The notes under the pieces are model-generated. The model had not been told where the DNA came from, ran no database searches, and worked only from the letters and a program-made list of their open reading frames with translations. From Candidatus Kapaibacterium sp. (GTDB taxonomy: Bacteria; Bacteroidota; Ignavibacteria; Kapaibacteriales; UBA2268), in NCBI GenBank assembly GCA_963664875.1, contig OY761611.1, positions 2,880,001-2,944,000 of the forward strand: a stretch of 64,000 nt of DNA, given 5' to 3'. Positions 61,167 through 64,000 of the stretch are shown here, piece by piece (within the stretch, counting starts at the first letter, position 1; every line of letters starts with the position of its first letter). The position numbers and the translations under genes were made by a program.

Positions 61167-63257
61167 ATGATAGACATTTCAAAAATCAGGAATATCGGTA
61201 TTGCCGCTCACATTGACTCGGGTAAAACAACATTAAGCGAAAGAGTTTTGTTTTACACTGGTAAGATTCACCAAATCATAGAAGTAAGAAGTAAAGGTGG
61301 AAATGGTCCAACTATGGACTCTATGGATTTGGAAAGAGAAAAAGGTATCACTATCCAGTCAGCAGCAACACATGCAGAATGGAAAGGTTACCATTTTAAT
61401 CTTATTGATACTCCGGGCCATATCGATTTTACAGTAGAAGTAGAAAGAGCGCTTCGCGTTTTGGACGGTACTGTTTTGGTACTTTGTGGTGTAGCGGGTG
61501 TACAGTCTCAATCTATCACTGTTGACAGACAGATGAGAAGATATAACGTACCACGCATTGCTTTTATCAATAAAGTAGATCGCCAAGGTGCCAATCCTGA
61601 TAAAGTAGTTAATCAGCTACAGGAAAAATTAAATCACAGACCTGTTCTTCTTACTATGCCTATCGGCTTAGAAGATAACTTCGAAGGTGTTGTTGATCTA
61701 ATCAAAATGAAAGCTATTTACTACCAAGGTGACCAAGGGTCAGAAGTAGTAGAAAAAGACATCCCTGCACACTTAGTAGAAGAAGCTCAGTCAAGAAGAG
61801 CAGCAATGATTGAAATCTTGGCTGACTATGATGATGTTGTTGCAGAAAAATTCCTTGGAGAAGAGGAAGTTTCTATCGAAGAAATCAAAAATGCTATCCG
61901 CGTACACACTATTGCGTTGCACATTACTCCTGTGTTTGTCGGTACAGCGAAAATGAACAAAGGTGTTCAGACAATGCTTGACGGCGTTATAGATTATCTT
62001 CCTGCACCAAACGAAGTAAAAAATATCGCTTTGGATTTGGATGATAACGAAGCCGAAGTTGCTATGAACAACGATCCAAACAAACCTGCAGTACTTCTTG
62101 CGTTTAAATTGGAAGACGGTCAGTATGGCCAGCTTACATATATGCGTATATATCAAGGTTCTGTAAAGAAAGGTGATTTTATTTATAATGCTGCAAACGG
62201 CAAAAAAGTAAAAATCCCTCGTCTTGTGAGAATGCACGCAAGCGAAATGCAGGAAATCGAAGAAGCTTCAGCAGGCGACATCGTAGCATTGTTTGGTGTA
62301 GATTGTGCATCTGGTGATACTTTCACTGATGGCAAAGTAAACTATTCTATGACTTCAATGTTTGTACCTTCTCCGGTAATCGAATTATCTGTGAAGCCAA
62401 AAGAAAGATCAGCTCAGGCTAACTTCTCTAAAGCTATGAACAGATTCCAAAAAGAAGACCCAACATTTAGAGTTTATCGCGATGACGAATCCGGTGAAAC
62501 TATTATGTGTGGTATGGGCGAGCTTCACTTGGATATCTATGTAGAACGTATCCGTAGAGAGTACAATTGCGAAATCGTAGTTGGTCAGCCAAAAGTTGCA
62601 TATAGAGAAACAATCACAACTCGCGCTGATTATGATTATACTCACAAAAAACAATCAGGTGGTTCAGGTCAGTATGCAAGAGTTGCAGGTTACATCGAAC
62701 CATTACCGGCAGACAGTGCAGAACCATACGAATTTTCAAACAAAATCGTTGGTGGTGTTATCTCTAAAGAATACATCCCTGCCTGCGATAATGGCTTTAA
62801 AGAACAGCTTGCAGAAGGTGTATTGATCAAACAGCCTTTGGTAAATGTAAAAGTAGAATTAAATGACGGTTCTATGCACTCTGTGGACTCCTCGGATATG
62901 GCGTTCAAACTAGCAGCACGTGCAGCAATCAGACAGGCAGCTTCAAAAGCACAACCTGTAATTTTGGAACCAATCATGAAACTGGAAGTATCAGCTCCGG
63001 AAGAATTCCAGGGCGTGATTATTGGTCAGCTCAATCAAAGACGTGGTATAATTATCAATACTTCGATCGACGCAGGCTATGTAACAATAGATTCAGAAGT
63101 GCCTTTGAAAGAAATGTTTGGTTATTCTTCTGATTTAAGAGGTTCGACTCAGGGTAAAGGCGAATTTACAATGGAATTTGCTAAATATATGCCAGTGCCT
63201 AAGAGCGTACAAGAAGAAATCATCAAAGAATATCAAGAGTCAGAAAAAAATAAATAA
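61167..63257 (+). CDS. fusA: Elongation factor G, spirochete/mitochondrial EF-G1-like subtype
   Basis: [53 protein letters not shown]. Confidence 0.93.
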   Translation: MIDISKIRNIGIAAHIDSGKTTLSERVLFYTGKIHQIIEVRSKGGNGPTMDSMDLEREKGITIQSAATHAEWKGYHFNLIDTPGHIDFTVEVERALRVLDGTVLVLCGVAGVQSQSITVDRQMRRYNVPRIAFINKVDRQGANPDKVVNQLQEKLNHRPVLLTMPIGLEDNFEGVVDLIKMKAIYYQGDQGSEVVEKDIPAHLVEEAQSRRAAMIEILADYDDVVAEKFLGEEEVSIEEIKNAIRVHTIALHITPVFVGTAKMNKGVQTMLDGVIDYLPAPNEVKNIALDLDDNEAEVAMNNDPNKPAVLLAFKLEDGQYGQLTYMRIYQGSVKKGDFIYNAANGKKVKIPRLVRMHASEMQEIEEASAGDIVALFGVDCASGDTFTDGKVNYSMTSMFVPSPVIELSVKPKERSAQANFSKAMNRFQKEDPTFRVYRDDESGETIMCGMGELHLDIYVERIRREYNCEIVVGQPKVAYRETITTRADYDYTHKKQSGGSGQYARVAGYIEPLPADSAEPYEFSNKIVGGVISKEYIPACDNGFKEQLAEGVLIKQPLVNVKVELNDGSMHSVDSSDMAFKLAARAAIRQAASKAQPVILEPIMKLEVSAPEEFQGVIIGQLNQRRGIIINTSIDAGYVTIDSEVPLKEMFGYSSDLRGSTQGKGEFTMEFAKYMPVPKSVQEEIIKEYQESEKNK

Positions 63258-63288
63258 GTACCTGAAAAATAAATATTTTAAAAAATAT

Positions 63289-63319
63289 TTGACTAAGTGG
63301 CAAAATGTTTGTATATTTG
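63289..63319 (+). promoter_or_regulatory. Promoter of the str operon
   Basis: TTGACT-N17-TATATTTG. Confidence 0.7.
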
Positions 63320-63381
63320 CAAGCTCTGTCACCCTAGGTATATTGTATATATGTATATAGATTTGTAAATGGAGTAGTTGA

Positions 63382-63756
63382 GTGCCTACTATAAGTCAAT
63401 TAATCCGTAAGGGAAGAAAGAAATCACACTATAAAAGTGATTCTCCTGCTCTTAACTCATGCCCGCAAAGACGCGGTGTATGTACTAGGGTTTATACCAC
63501 TACACCTAAAAAACCAAACTCTGCATTGCGTAAAGTAGCGCGTGTTAGATTGACAAGTGGTTTTGAGGTTACTGCGTATATTCCCGGCGAAGGCCATAAT
63601 TTGCAAGAGCACTCTATCGTATTCGTAAGAGGCGGTAGGGTAAAAGATCTTCCAGGTGTGCGTTATCACATCGTACGAGGTACTGCCGACACGCAAGGTG
63701 TAGATGGCAGAAAGCAAGGCAGGTCTAAGTATGGAACTAAAAGACCTAAAAAATAA
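63382..63756 (+). CDS. rpsL: 30S ribosomal protein S12
   Basis: [24 protein letters not shown]; GTG start. Confidence 0.99.
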   Translation: MPTISQLIRKGRKKSHYKSDSPALNSCPQRRGVCTRVYTTTPKKPNSALRKVARVRLTSGFEVTAYIPGEGHNLQEHSIVFVRGGRVKDLPGVRYHIVRGTADTQGVDGRKQGRSKYGTKRPKK

Positions 63757-63788
63757 TCGTTTTTAATCAATGATGCGTTAGAAAAAAA

Positions 63789-64000
63789 ATGAGAAAAAGA
63801 AGAGCAGAAAAGAGAAGATTATTGCCTGATCCAATGTACAATGATGTACTTGTAACAAGATTTATCAATAATCTTATGCTTCATGGTAAGAAAAATACCG
63901 CTCGTTCATTGGTTTACGAAGCATTTGAAATCGTAGCTCAAAAAACTAAGCAAGAACCATTAGATGTTTTCAAAAAAGCAGTTTCTAATGTTGCTCCGGT
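63789..64000 (+). CDS. rpsG: 30S ribosomal protein S7 (partial, runs off the right edge)
   Basis: Manual translation MRKRRAEKRRLLPDPMYNDVLVTRFINNLMLHGKKNTA. Confidence 0.96.
   Translation, partial: MRKRRAEKRRLLPDPMYNDVLVTRFINNLMLHGKKNTARSLVYEAFEIVAQKTKQEPLDVFKKAVSNVAP

Overview
AT-rich chromosomal window from an FCB-group bacterium. Candidatus Kapabacteria or Ignavibacteria-like is my inference, from TAnnTTTG promoters, a T9SS cargo protein, flagellar genes and Shine-Dalgarno use. It holds housekeeping genes (yicC, mraZ-rsmH, pfkA, thpR, coaE, alaS, frameshifted prfB, hutH-like, fpr), a flgB-to-flgE flagellar operon, a tRNA cluster and secE-nusG-rplKAJL-rpoBC, then an unusual EF-G, rpsL and partial rpsG. 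Accessory elements are a REP-flanked Y1 transposase and an AAA ATPase plus DUF4276-like pair. The most interesting signals are unannotated and non-coding. (1) A candidate sigma28-driven ~100-nt sRNA just after flgE, whose anti-SD seed matches the flgD ribosome-binding site; flgD and flgE share an SD-in-loop hairpin and flgE has a structured leader. (2) A type I toxin-antitoxin-like locus: a 53-aa amphipathic peptide with an antisense RNA. (3) An ECF-sigma-driven ~90-nt sRNA with a tandem repeat. All family assignments come from motif recognition by eye; no searches were run.
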